64,000 nucleotides of DNA from Protoeuglena noctilucae (lineage: Eukaryota), in assembly GCA_958009085.1 (NCBI GenBank), contig OY253685.1:558001-622000 (forward strand), given 5' to 3'. Each line of letters starts with the position of its first letter. Position 1 is the first letter of the stretch. Position numbers and translations under genes: made by a program. Positions 1 through 14,177 of the stretch are shown here, in pieces. The notes beneath the pieces are model-generated. The model was not told where the DNA came from, ran no database searches, and saw only the letters and a program-made list of their open reading frames with translations.

Positions 1-80
1 TGATGGTGATAGTGATAGTGATAGTCATAGTCATAGTCATAGTCATAGTAATAGTAATAGCAATAGTAATAGTAATAGTA
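1..80. repeat. Intronic hexamer microsatellite (TGATAG/TCATAG/TAATAG)n
   Basis: About 13 tandem 6-bp units that change stepwise from tgatag to tcatag to taatag. Confidence 0.85.
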
Positions 81-3000
81 ACACTCACCTGCGCCATGGC
101 GTAGAACTGGTTGAACGTGCTCTGCCGCTGCCCGGCCGCCCCGCACCGCTCGCAGTCGAGCTGTTGAGCGATCTGCTGCCCCACCAACACACGGATCAAT
201 GCAGAATGGTCCTCGCGCCCCCAACCCCCGTCCGGCTGCGTGGCGCGGTCAAAGCAGTGGAACACCGCTTCAAACGCCTCCGTCGCGTCGGCCATCTCTC
301 CCTCCGCGAACGACTTGCCGTCTGAAAGGGCAAAGGCCTCGGAAAGGGCCTGGCGAACTGCAGGGGTGAGGGGTGAGGGTGACGCAAAGTAATAAATAAG
401 GGTATGTATCAGTAAATATGGAATGGTATCACGGTAGTCGGTAACTACATTTGAAAAATTATATATTATAAAAAATTTTCAATTATATAAACACAATATT
501 CATGCCTACCATGTATTATAATGCTTATATCATAAGTATACTCGTCCACTCACCGACGGTGGGGGCGACGGGGACCTTGGCGCTCGGGTCGCTGTTGAGG
601 GAGACGAAGACATCCTGGGGAGGAGCGAATGAAGGGTTAAATAGCAATATTATCAATAATCATAACAAATATAACATATGCGCACGTCAACTCGCCTTGA
701 GTGCCTGCAGCACGTTCACTTCGGTCTCCGGGCAGTGGCTCTCGCGGAATAACTCAATGTCCGTGCTCAGAAGAGCCTCCCTGGATGGATGGCGAGAAGG
801 GAAAGGTGATATTCATAGTGAGAGGGCACGGTTGCCAACACATGTACATTTCAATACATATCAAGAGCCATACCATACTAGCCACCATGCCCGCACGCAC
901 ACTCCCAACCATCGCTCACCGGAACCCCTGGATGTGCCACAGGCACTGGATGACCACGTTGATGAAGCAGTTGTACTCCCCGCTCATGTTCTGAAGCCCG
1001 CGCGCCCCGGATGCCGCCAGTGTCGCTTGCTCCTGGTCACGCCGCTCCCGACGCGCCGCCCACACGTTGCCCGCACCCGCTGCCACCCCCGCCGCCCCCG
1101 CTGCTACCCCTACCCCCACCGCTACCCCCACCGCCACCCCCGCCCCCGCTGCCATTCCCGCTGCTTCTTTCGCCTCCAATGCTGCGATCTGCGCCAATGT
1201 CTCCTCATCCACATCGTCTGGCGCCTGCCCCGATGCACCCCCACCACCACCAATACCAATACCACCGCCCATCGCCTCTCTTTTCGCTGCAGCCTCTCTC
1301 GCCTCCATCGCAGCGATCTCCGCCAGCGTCTCCGCATCCAACTCATCGCCCACAGGCTCGTGCAAAGGCTGGCGGGATGGCTCAGGATCGTGATGACCCG
1401 ACACTCCCAGAGATGCGGGGGTGGGATGGGCGGTAGTGATGGGATGGGTGCTATCCACCCCAGCCCGCTCCCGCTCGGGTGCCCCGGGGCGGCCCGCGGC
1501 GCTTTCCGCGGCCGACAACACCCCGGGGATTCGAACCCGCGACCCCAGGGGCTCCATCGGCGAGGTGACGGGCGCTGCGCCACCCTCGGCCGCCTCTGCG
1601 CCACCCTGCGCACCGCCACCACCGCTGCTGCTGGCCTGGTTTGCGCTGCCGGACGCCACTTTCGCCCATGAGACGCCGGCGGGGCGCGGGGCGGGCGGCG
1701 CGGCGGGTGCAGGGGCCGACGCCGGCCCAGCGCTTGCGCCGACAGTGGCGGTAGTGGTAGCGGTGGCGGTGGTGGGTGTAGTGGCGGCGAGGTATGGGAA
1801 GGTGGTGGGGAGTTCTGAGACCTCCCGTGAGGTTTTAGGGGGGGTGGAGGGCGGCGTGGGCTGGGCGATGGGCGGGTGGGGGTATCTGCGAGGGTGGGTG
1901 GGGGCGCAGAGTGTGGGAGAGGTGGTTGTGAGTGGGTGGGTGCGAGTGCGTGTAGGTGGGGTGCAAGTGAGGTGGAACATGCAGCTTCCAAGCTTCCAAA
2001 CTAAATGAATAAGTAAGCGAGGCGAGCCTTGGGATGCCGCGCGATGCGAGAACACATCACAACAGAAAATTCCTATGCCACTCACTTGCAGTTGCTGAAG
2101 TTGCAGGCCCCCCTCAGGTATTTCTTGCACGGGCCGTCCTGGTGGCAGTCGCGGCAGAAGTGGTCGGTATTGACCAGGCCGCAGTGACTGCAAGGGAATA
2201 ATGAAAGTGAACAGGTCATTGGTTGTGGTGACTGCATAGTTTGTATGTACGACATGATTGAGAGCTACAACCGGCACAGCAGCCTCACAAATAAGGCATT
2301 ATAACAAGCAACGCAGCAGTTACAGCCAACACAGTAGGAATTATAAGACCAACACAGTTGCAATAACTATCATTCACAGTCACGCCTCTCACCACCGCCA
2401 CAGGCACTTGTCTTTGTCCAAAACGACCACCCCCGCACTGCTGACAGCACTCGATCCACTCTCCCTGCCCTTCCATGTTGGCCCACCACCCACCGCCCGC
2501 GCACCCCACCCCGCACCCGCACCCGCACCCACACCCCGCCCCTTGTTCCCCGCCACCACCTCCACCGTCGCCACTAAACGCTGCCTCCCAGGCCCCATCG
2601 CCCCCGCTCTGGGCGACTCATCGGCCTTCCCCAGCACCCCCGCACCCTCTTTCGCCACCGCATCATTGCTCTCGCTGCCCCTCTCTCCCTCCCCATCCCC
2701 CTCACTCTCTGTTGTTTCACTCTCCCCCTCCCCACCCTCTCGCTCCCTCTCACCCTCCCCACCACCCTTGTCACTCTCACCCTCACCCACCCCCGCCCCC
2801 CGCCCCATCGCATCCCTCTCCCTCTCTAGCTCTCTCGCCCGCTCCCGCTCCTCCCTCTCCCTCTCCCTCGCCCGCTCCTCCTCCGCTCGCTGCCTGACTA
2901 CCTTTGCCGCTGCCTCCTCCCTCAATCGCGCTTCCGCCTCTGCTTTAACACGCTCCTCGGCAGCCGCCTGGCGCGCCCGGGCATCGCGCTCTGCGGTGGG

Positions 3001-6000
3001 ATAGACTGTTGCGTTGTATGGGATCGAGGAGGTTGTGTTATATAACATGATGATATGAAAAAGGTTGATTATAATTTGATATAGCAGTGTTATACTACAT
3101 GATTGTAATATGATATATACTGTAGTAGATACATAACCCTAACTTGTGATGTTCCCATCTCACCCGCTTGCTCCCTCGCCCTCCTCTCCTCCTCCTCCTT
3201 TGCCCTCTTGGCCGCCTCTTTCTCCACTGCGATAAGCACGCAGCAAAGACATTAGACTGCTATAACATTACTGGAATACATATCATGGCAACAGCAGTGA
3301 CGCATCATGGCACATCATTGGTGCTGTCCACTGCTATCCCACGTCTCATCTCACCCCTATCGACCACCACCACCATCACTCTACACCACCACCACAACTA
3401 CAACCAATACCACCACCACTATCACCAACTCTACCCCTGGCCCTCTCCTGCCTCCATCACCCTCAAAACAACCACAACCATTACCATGACACCATTACTA
3501 CCACAAACTCTCACCCCTGGCCTTCTCCTCCGCCTCCATCATCACCCTCAAACCAATCAATACCACCACTACTATCACCACCACTACCAATACCACTATC
3601 ACCAACTCTCACCCCTGGCCTTCTCTTCTGCGTCCATGAGCTCCCTGGCCCTCTCCTGCGCCGTCCTGGCAGTCACCTCCGCCACCAGCGCAGACACCTT
3701 CACACGCATCGCATCCAGCACCGCCTCTGCGATGGCAATTTGTGATATGGCGATAATTACATTTGTTAGTAACACAATAGTTATAGTAATCAAAATCAGT
3801 TAGATAAAATATAATAATCATCGTCCAGTAAGCTGGTTATATTCATCATCAACTAACGGTAAATGTGCATCTCCTTTTCGTGATCATCATACCATCACCA
3901 TCCCCCCTCCGCTCACCTCGGAACTCGAGGGCCATTTCGTGGTACGACGCCTCGACCAGGTCGTCCACCTGCTCGCGGATCTGACGCACGCGGAGGGCGT
4001 ACATGCGCGACAGCAGGGCGCGCGCTGCGGGCGCGAAGAGAACAGGTTAATATAAATAATATAATATTGTTAATATAATATTGTTATATAATATAAAGAC
4101 GCGACTCGCCTGTCCTTCTGTCCTTCTCCGGCATCAGGATGTCGCGTCGGATGGCCTCGGCGGCTTTGCGGAGGTAATTTCCCGGGGCCGCGATGAAGAG
4201 GCAGTCGATAAAATTTGCTTTTGTCGGGCCACCTGTGGGAAAAGGAACATGGGCGAGAATGAGAAAGGAGTGATAGCCATATAGAATGCCACCTGCTGAG
4301 AGGGGCACCTGCGGGTGATGTCTGGCGAGGGAAAATACCACAGTAACAGTCGCCGCCGCCCTCACCTTCGCATCACAATTGCAAGTACTATATCTTACGC
4401 CATGTTCACAACGTTCACCATCAACGGCCCTCACCAGGCTCCGCAGCCGCCTCTTCCACCACCTCCTTCACCACCCCTTGGATCCACGCCAATCTCTCCC
4501 GAATATGGCGAACGGCATTGAGCTGCGAAAGACGGCAAGAATCGCAAAAGTAACAGTCGCGCAGGTCGTACCGAGTAGTATTGTCATGTACAAGCGCGAA
4601 CAGGTAGTGGCAGTAGTAGTAATTATAGCATATAATAAGTACAACTTGTATACTACACATAATTGTGTAGTAATAAAGTAGTATAGTACTATTCTAACAA
4701 CGCAGCCACACACGCGACCCCCACGCCGCCACGCACGGACTCGCCTGCTTGTCGCACACGCCTGCCAGCAGCCCCGCGTTCATTCGAGCCTCTGCCAGCG
4801 GCGATGGATGATCGGGGACGTGGCCGTCGTCACCCTCTCCCATCACCAGGAGGGGCTGCGGGGGACGGAGGTGTATGATTATTCAGTTTTACTATCTATA
4901 TCATGTCACCACATTCATGTACCCGCGTCACGTTTCCAAACATCCAATCGATCAATCACACCCCAAAACGCCCCATCTCCCGCGGCTGCCCCATCCATCT
5001 CACGCCACTTTCCCCACGCAGTCGCAATCGCAATCGCACCTGCAGCGCGGCGCGTGTAATTTCCAGGACCACCTTTCCCGCCTCAGAGACGGCCGCGTAG
5101 TAAGCAACGGTGGTGCTGAGGATCGAACTCATGACCCGCACAGAGGCCACCGCTTCGCTGTGCGATACGCCCACCCACTGCTGCACCCACTGCACCAGCT
5201 GACGGTGATCCCGGGGCTGAGGGACCTGGGGAACGCGGGAAAATCGGGTACTGATTATCAAGCACGTCGTGATAAACGTCAACAACAGTAAATGACAGTT
5301 AAGATGACATCATTCATAACATAACGCCTCGAGTCTTGGGGGGGGGGGGGGGGCGGTTGTACAACAGTTGTTAGAAACAACATAACGCCTTTAGTTTTGG
5401 GGGAGGGACAGTTGTTATAAAATAGATACAAACAGCACCCCGCTCGCCACACCACGTCCCGCCATTCCCCATCGCTCACCTGCAGCGCTTGGTCGGCAGA
5501 AGGCCACCCCCTCCACGCCTCCTCCGCCGCTTTCTCTGCAACCTCCAGCCTCGCAAATGCCGCGTCGTAAGCGGACGCGAGCTCGAAGGCCCACAGGCCC
5601 ACTTGCGCGTCAGTGCCGGAAAGCGGGTGCGCGCCCTCGCTGTGCCGCAGCAGCGTTTGCAGGGAGGCGGCCACGCGGGCGCTGGTCGCGGGGAGGTCCG
5701 AGGTGAGGGGCAGGTGGAGCGGGGCGGGGGGGCGGGCGCGGGAGGGCTGCGGGGGTGGCGGGGCGGTGCGAGCGATAAGTCGCGATTGCCTGGCATGGAG
5801 GGTGCCGGGCACAGCCACAGGGCTTTTGTAATGTGACGCACACCACAGCACAGCACGTTACTTGTACTGTTCTGTTGGTCGCAGATGCACACACGCGGCC
5901 GCAGTGCCCCGCAAACCCTGCCCATCCCAACCACGCCATCAATACCAACCCCACCCCCACCACTAAGCAACTAACCTCCCTCAGCACCGCCCCTCACCTT

Positions 6001-9000
6001 CCCTGTCATCGCCCTGGCCACCCTCGCCGGCGCCACCTCCCCAAAAAGCCACTTCAACAGCGACTCCGATGCTGGCCCATCATTCTTAACCACCCCATTT
6101 CCCCCGAACAACTCGCGATTGGGCGTCACCGTGACTTGACTCAAAATGTCAGGGTTGTGCTCCCATGCAACTTGCTGTGCTGCCACGGCGATGATCGCGT
6201 GAGTGATGCCGTCTGCCATGCTCCATGATTGCTTTAAGATGTCGCGGAAAGCGTTGCTGCGAAAAGGGGTGGAGGGGAAGAGAGGGGGTGAGGGTGGTGG
6301 GGAAGAAATGGGTTAACGGTTCTGGGCAAGAGAGGGGGTGGGTCGTTATGGGCCCGGTATGGGCGAGAGCAGAGCGGGCCACCTGACATAGTCAACTCAT
6401 TGCGCCAACACCAATCGCCTCTACCCCTCCCCACCAAACGCACCTGCTCTCTTCGCCATGTGACCGCAGCAACGCCACCACCCTCTCATGCAACTCCAGC
6501 AGCGCTTCCCTCCTCCACACCGCGCCCCTCGCAAACCTCAACCTCTCATCCACCACCACTGCACCTCCCTCCCCACCCTCCCCCGCACCCTCTGCCACCC
6601 CCGCTCCCGCCCTCTCCCCCTCCCCACCCGCCAAGCTCCCACCGTCCAATGCCACCCCACATACATCACCCCACCAGCCCCTGCTGCCCCCACTGCCCCT
6701 CTCCGCACTCCGCTGATTCGGTTCGATCTCCACCGACTTTCCCCGCGAACCCTCCCCACCCCTTCTCCCCTCCGAGTTCCTCCTGCTTTCAAATGACCCC
6801 GCGATGCTCGCCCGCCGCCCACGCCCCCTCCTGCTCCTCGCTCCCACGCTGCCGCTCTTGCCATTCGCATCGTCGGCCTTCTGACACGTGCATTGGGGCA
6901 TCCTGCGTGGGGGCAAGGGAGGTGCGGGTATGCTGGGGTGGGTTGTGGGTGAGCGGCATGGGGTGACGTGGGGCGTGGCGGTGGGGTTTGTGCGGGGCAA
7001 AGCATATGGCAAGACAGCTTTATCATGCATGTGCATTTGCATCGACATCCGCAGCTGCGCTTCCCAACGCACCCGCTCCGCAACCCCACTCACTGCCTCA
7101 CTCGTCACATCACCCGCACCCCACTCCGCACCCCATCAGCACACCCTACACCTCTCCTCCCCTCACCCGCACCCCACTCAACACACACACCCCACTCCGC
7201 ACACCCCTTTCGTCCCCTCACCCGCACCCCACGGCCTCTGGTGCCGAAACGGCGAACTCTGGCGGGGCACTGGCGACCAGCAGAGGACTGCTGAAGACCA
7301 CCTGCCTGGCTTTGGCAGCCACGTGATTCCCGTCGTCCGCCGCATTGTCCGCACTGGCATTGAATACGAGGTAACATGTTTCGTTGCACAGCTGCTCCGA
7401 CAGCCCGGGACGCAGAGTCTGGGGGGTGAGGGTGGTGGTGGGGGTGAGGGTGAGGGTGAGGGTGAGGGTGGGGGTGAGGGTAGCAGCAACTGAGACGTTG
7501 ACTGTGAGATATCGCAAAGATGAGTTGAAAGCACGGATAATATCATTCGCATCCCGACATGTGCCTCACCACAGCCGAACCCCATCTTATGCATGCCACC
7601 ATGCCCTCATGCCATCTCCCTCACCACAACCGCATTGACCGCTCGCACCAACTCCCCCTCCACCTCCATCTGCGTGCTGCAGAGCTCCGCCAGCACCTCA
7701 TCCACCTTCTCTTCCGCCCCCACGCATATCTGCCGCAACCGCGCATGAGCCGCAGACAGGAGCGTCACACATAGGCGCCACAGCTGGCACGCCACCGCCA
7801 CAGCCCCACGCCACTGGTCGCTGTCCGGCAAGAGGGGCGGGGGAGGGGACGCGGCAGCATCGGGCCCCACTGCCACCGCACCCTCCGCCCCCGCTGCACC
7901 CCCACCGTCCGCACCCTCCCCACCCACACCCCCGCTCTCTGCTGTCGCACTTGCTCCCTCTACACCCCCACCCTCCGCACCCGCACCCCCGCTCTCCGCA
8001 GTCCCGACCTCCGCACCCGCACCCGCACCCTCAGCTTTTCCACCCGCACCCTCACTCTCCGCACTCCCCACCTCCACTGCACCCTCCTCACCCTCACCCC
8101 CACCCTCCTCACCCTCGCCACCCCCACCCTCCTCACCCTCACCCGCACCCTCACCACCCACACCCTCACCACCCTCACCCACCCCCGCCCCCTCGCGCCC
8201 CGCCCTCTCCCCCGCCCTCGCCAGCGCCCGGAACGTCCCCGTCACAACGCGCATCCCCTCGCACGCGCTCTCCCACACCTCCCGCGCCAGATGCAGCGTG
8301 TCGTGCCTCCGTTGCTTCGGCTCGCCATCCATGCTGTCATTCACATTAGCCCCCAATCGCAGAAACGGGAGATAGGACATGGGCAGGACTTCGATTAGTT
8401 CGAAAAGGCCCTGCCAGAATTGCTGTGCTCTCGCGGAAACCTCATCGGGACTGTCCGGGACATCGGGGTCGGTACTGGCACTGGCACTGGCGGAGTCGGC
8501 GGTTAGGGCGTCGTCGACGAAAGGCAGGTGGTGGAGACAGGTCTGCGAGGGATGTGGGGGTGGTGGGGGTGTTGATGGGGGGTGGGGAGGGGGTGGCAAT
8601 GGGGGGTGGTGGGGGTGGCAATGGGGGGTGGGGAGGGGGTGGCAATGGGGGGTGGCGGGGGTGTGTGATAGCGACGGGTCTGCGAGGGATGTGGGGGCGA
8701 TGGTGATTTTTGAAAACGCTGGGATTGGATGAAGTTGCGAGGTGAGGCGCAGAGGAGGGGAGGAGGGGAGGAGGGGAGGGGTTGCCCTCACCGGGTCGCA
8801 TCCATGACAGCTACCAGAGAGAGGCAAACACCCATTGCTTACCAAGTCCCATGATCGCATCAACTGTTGACACCGGCAACTAGAGCGAAGCAACCACCCC
8901 CCATTGCTCACCAGTGACCACAGTTTCCATGGACTGAGCAGGGCTGAGATGGGGTCGTGCAGCCGCCACTGTGGGGGCGAAGAGGTGGGGTGGGTGGGGT

Positions 9001-12000
9001 GGGTAGAAGTGTGTGATGCATGGCGATGGGTGGGACATTGGTATCGCCAATCATGGCGATGGGTGGACTGGTTGATACCAAGTGCATGAGATAAACAAAA
9101 CCTAAGCTGCACCATGATATCTTCTTGAACATTAACACATAAGCAAAGGGCACAGGCAATCGCCTCACCATCTGCCCCTCGACGTCGTTGGTCGGCCCGC
9201 CTGCGGGAGCGGCAGGACGGGATACGAAGTGAGATATTACAGGTGATTGATAATAAATGATAACCGCGACGTGCTGCCGGGCTATCGTGTTCACGCTAGC
9301 GTTTGGTGGTCCGTCGCACGCCGTCAGCACAATGCACGACCCATGCCCGGCCCTCACCCGGCCTCTTCCCGCTGACATACGATGCGACGTCGACGTATTG
9401 ATAGCGCTCGTTGACCATGACGGGCATCGCGGGCGCGCCGGGGGCGATGAAGTGCGCAGCGCGGATGGGCGTGAGGAGCATCGCGACTTGCTCAAGCACA
9501 TCCGTCAGGACGAATAGCGTGCCGCCGGAGAGCGGGTCCTTGATCGCATCCGCCGGACACCCGCGAGAAAGCAGCGCGAGGGCGCGGCGCGCGAAGGTCC
9601 GGAAGTCGGGCACCTCTTGCGATGGGTGGACGCCGTCCTGCAAAGCAGCGAAAACCCGCGATCGCGCTCGCCGATTCGGCCATCGCGAACGCTACCAATC
9701 AACGTCGCAAACGACGTTCGCATCGCGACGATTGCGATCCCCGAGCAAAAGCCAAACGCACGCGTGCGCCCTCTCTCGGAGCTCTCCTCTTCATCGCAGC
9801 GAATCGCGATGTCATCCCCTCACCTCCTCCGCCAAAGCAGCCAGTTCCAATTCGGCCAGGGTCGCTGCGGCGGACTGCGAGGCCGCTTTCTGCTCGTCCG
9901 CGGGCTTTTCCCCATCCAAGTGCGGCCCCAGCTTGGCCACGCGCTCCTCGACCACCCTCATCACGTCCGCGCCCGTCACTGCGGACCCGCGAAAACGCGC
10001 AAGTGAGCGAACTCGCAAGTGAATGCAGCGCCACACGGAAACCTGCAATGCTCAGCACCCCGACTCACAGCACCGAGCCACATGATTGGAGAGCAAGAGA
10101 CGTGGAATAGAAGAAAGACGTCACCTCTTGCAGAGCATGAGACAGACGCGGCCACTCGCGCACCGCCAATCGCCTGGCAGCGCCTGCCACAACCACCCCA
10201 CTCGCGCAGCGCCACTCACCAATCGCATACCACCCTCACCTTGCAGCGCCTGCCACAGTGCTTTGGTGTCCAGGTCCCCCCACGCCCGCCTCGCATCCTC
10301 CGCCATCCGCCAGACCTCTTGCTTGCGCTTGGCCCACTCCATCACGCGCGCTTGCTGCAGGCACGCCAAAGCACGTGGCGACTCGCCACAGCACGACACG
10401 TTACCATGCCAGGTAGGCACCACTTTGAGATCCATATCCCATGCAAGCACCACTCTCGGATCCATGCAACATGCCCCATGACACAGCAAGACGCCCATGA
10501 TAAGAACGATAAAGCGATAACCCACAGCAATACCCCACCCATCGCAAGCTCTCCCACCCACCCCATCCCGCCCCCCGCCCTCACCGCCGCCCTCCCCAGG
10601 ATTTCCAGTGGCACCACCACGCCCTCGCACAACGCTGTCCCCGCCTTATCGTCCCCCATCAAGGCCGAGAGGCCTTCGAGCACGGACCCCGCGGCATGAT
10701 CCGAGTCGGCATCCTTGCCCCCCTCCCCCCCGCGACTTAGCCCGTGACCACGCCCCTTCACGCTGCCCTTCTTGCGAGCACCCCCCTTGCCCCGCCCGCC
10801 GCCCGCCTTGGATGCGGTCGATGGGAGGTCCCCGGTGGGCAGCAGCGCGTGTGATGCGTCTGGCACCCTCTCGAGCACGGTGCTCGCGGAGTCGGTCTCG
10901 TTCAGGGTCTGCGGAGATAGGGGTGGAGTTGGGGTGGAGATGGGGACAGAGGTGGGGGTGGCGATGGGGGTGGAGATGGGAAGGGTTGGTTAACGATGGG
11001 GTGCAGGTGCCAACGAAAATAGACATGGCGCTGGCAACTACAACAACATGGATCCACTGCACTACATTCGTAGTTTCACCGTCACACCCCCCAGCATCAC
11101 CCCCGCTTGCCACCTCTCACCTCAACCCCCCCCATGCTTGCACACGCCCAACCCCCCATCACCCCCGCTGCTTGCCACCACCCGTCTCACCTCAACCCTC
11201 TCCACGCACCCCAGCATCCTCTCCACCTCCTCCCACAAGGGACGCAGCTCCGTCCCTTGCACCACCACCGTCCGCGGCGCGCCCGCGGAGCCCGCCCCGC
11301 TTGTGCTCGGCCCCGCATCCCCCGCATCCGACGAGCTGCTTGAGGTGTGGGACACCGCATCAGCCATCTCGTCGTCAGACGGAGACAGGGGCGCGGGGGA
11401 TTCGCGGGCACGGGGGGGCTGGGGCTCCGGGGACGGTGGCGCGGGCTGCGGGGTGGGGAGAGATGGTAGTGGTGGGGCTGAGTGATGATAGTTGGGTGGG
11501 GAGGAGATGGCGGTGGAGTGGGGAGGGAGATGGTGATTGCGTGGGCAAAGAGAAATGGTAGGGCTAATTGATGGTGGTACAAGTGCTTGTGGCAAAGAGG
11601 GGATGCGGGTGGGGCAGCGCATTCCGCATTTTCCACACTCTATGACCGTCTGACCCTCTCCCTCCGCAGCGCGGCGCTCACCCTGCGCAGCGGCAGTTCT
11701 GGCGCGCCGGTGCCAGAGGGGCTGTTTGACAGGTTGAACGCCTCGACCAGATCGGGGTGCATCCACCACCCGACGTTGCGATGGAAGGCGCATGCCCAGA
11801 GGCTGGCCTCGCGGGGACCTTTCATGGCCGTGGCGAGCGTGTGCGATTGCTGCGGGGGCGGGCGGGGCAGAGGGATGGGGAGGTAGCATGCGGGGATGGA
11901 GAGGTGCAGTCCCTGCCCCCCGCGCTCACCCCGACCATCGCACTCTCAGCCCCAGCACATCGCCACTGCCACGCTCACTGCACCTGCCTACACGCTCATC

Positions 12001-14177
12001 CCCAAGCATAGCGCTCTCAGCCCCAGCACATCGCCCCAGAACATCGCCACTGCCACGCTCACCCCGACCACGAGGCGCTCGTGCAAGTGACTCGCGAGCA
12101 CAAGCTCCTCGAAGCTCGCCCCCAGGTACGCGAACATGTTGGCCCACGTCCGCACCGCCGCGTCGTCATATTTTCCTCCAACCGACCCCGACAGCAGCGT
12201 GAGATACGCCGCCAGCTCGTTACTGCGGCGGCGGGCATGGATGAAAGGACTAAAGCCACTGGGTAGGACAATTAAACAGCCAAACACGTGATCATCCCAG
12301 CCCGGCGTCCCCAACACTCAGTGTTCCCATCACTCATCACTCACTCGGGCGGCGGCGAGGACGGCGCAGTGAATCGATCCCAGGTCGTCACCAAGGTCCT
12401 GCCGGACTGATAGACCTCCTCCATCACGGCGATCGCCCCCCTGCGGGTGCGAAGCGAGCGCCGGGGTGGGGGTGGCAATGCGTGCACGATCCCAGCAATG
12501 CGGGGCTAGGGGCACGGCCAGCAGTGCAGGAATGCAGGCATGCCACACGATGTGCGATGCGACGATGCATTCGCTATGATGTAAGCGCATCGCGATGTGC
12601 GTGTCGCATGGCGCACCTGAGCACGGCCCTCCGCTCCTGTAGCGCCTCCAAGTGCACCTCGCCCTTGCGCCACGATTTGCTGACGTGGCCGTGCAGGATC
12701 TTGAGCGCGAGGCTGGGGCAGGTGAAGTCCACCGTTCCCGACATGCGCTCCCTGCGATGCAAACGTGCCATGTCCCCGTTTCACCATCGCTGAACGCAGC
12801 GAGGCCGCAGCCTCCATCTAGAACCTCTGAATTCGAATGTACATATCGACAAACATCAGTTATCGCGCTGAAATCGAGCGGAGACCGCAACGAAACTCAC
12901 CCCTTGACGTGCGCGAGCGTCCCGAAGGCCCAGTGGTCGAGATAGTGCTCGCAGCACGCCGCCTCCGGTCCGTCGGGCATCGGCGGGGTGAACTCGAGGA
13001 CTCTCAGGTCGCGAAACTTGACGCTCTTGCGGAGGCTACCCGGGAGCAGCGCGTCCAAGCTGTGCGCAAACTGCGGGTCGCCGTATTCCCACGTCCGGGT
13101 CAGGTTGAGCACCTCGTCCTGCGGCGACGGAAGAGGCAGCACCAGATTCGCAACACACACTCGCAGCTTGCGGCTGGGAGGCCGAGCGAGGGCGCACGAA
13201 AGCCACGGCGCGCACCATGATGTTGACGTCCACCGCTTTCGGGTCGTCCACGACGGCCCTGGCGCCTTTAAGGAAAGCGCCGATCTGATTGACGATCTCC
13301 TGCACCGTTGCGGGGTCGAGCTGGAAGGGGAGCTTGGCCTTCGCTGGCCCAGCAGTCTTGGAGTTGCAGAAACCATGATAGCCAATGTTGTTCAGTGACA
13401 ACGTCCAGATCTTCTCGAACAGCAGCATCGCCAGCTGAATCTGCGGAAATGACCGGGCCTCGCGAGCCGTGGCGATGCGCACACGCCTTGAGATTAGCGC
13501 GCCCCCGCGACGCGCTCTCTCGGCCGAGGGCAGCGCGCTATCGGCCAGCGGCTTCCCAAGACCGCATAGAAGAAGGCAGCACGGAACCGCCGGCCAATGT
13601 GCGCGGCGGCCGCACCTGGGACGCCAGCGAGAGCGGCTGGCGCTCCACGGCCCCCTGCGCGTTCCGGAGCGCCTCCTCGATCAGCTCCTTGCGATCGCGC
13701 AGCATGGTCTCCCACGTCTTCCGCGTGTACTTGCCGTGCGCCTTCCCGATGTGCAAGGAGGCCAGGTACATTGCCTGCAGCTCCGAGGCCGCGTGGTGAA
13801 GGAGCCGCGCGTGGTAGCTCCACAGCAGATGCGCGTCCGGGGGACCCCCGCCATCCTTGCACTTGGCCTGGTACTGCTCGAGCTGGTCGCACGCGCTCCT
13901 CGCGTCCTTGATGGACCTGCAATGAGCGAGCACGGCAGGTTCAGCGACCAGCGGCGGCAGCGCAGCCGAAGCATCGCGCAGGTGCCATTGTTATCACAAC
14001 AGCGTCCCCGCCTCGATCCCCGCCGCACCTGGGATTGTGCGAGGGGTCCTTGAACTTCTTCACGGCGTTCTTAATGGCCTCGCGCACGACGATCTGGCCT
14101 CCGTCCTCTGCGCTGGCTCCGGTCTGAGCCGCATGTTGGGCGGCCGGCGGGCCGCGGGCTTTCTCCTTCCTCCCCAT
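1..14177 (-). CDS. Large multi-exon USP53/USP54-like ubiquitin C-terminal hydrolase (plant DUF627/DUF629-UCH-like architecture); 3' end lies outside the window
   Basis: USP Cys-box GLQNMSGEYNCFINVVIQCLWHIQGFR (~920-1005). Following exons read ...VRQALSEAF..FAEGEMADATEAFEAVFHCFD..LDCERCG (89-359), as expected for this family. Upstream exons splice with GT/GC-AG from ATG 14177 (MGRKEKARG...), including a CxxCxxC..H motif (~4500-4560) and a coiled coil (AIAEAVLDAM..ARELMDAEEKA). That 1-14177 is a single gene is inferred from the exon chain. Confidence 0.78.
11920..12075. repeat. Degenerate intronic tandem repeat
   Basis: ctctcagccccagcacatcgcc and catcgccactgccacgctcac each occur twice, and ctcaccccgacca occurs twice. 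Confidence 0.7.

Noticed and set aside
502..1671. Many long Pro/His/Arg-rich ORFs in the track (also 34054-35112, 53861-54949, 62410-63498)
   Set aside because: Antisense or off-frame products of GC-rich low-complexity sequence overlapping better-supported genes
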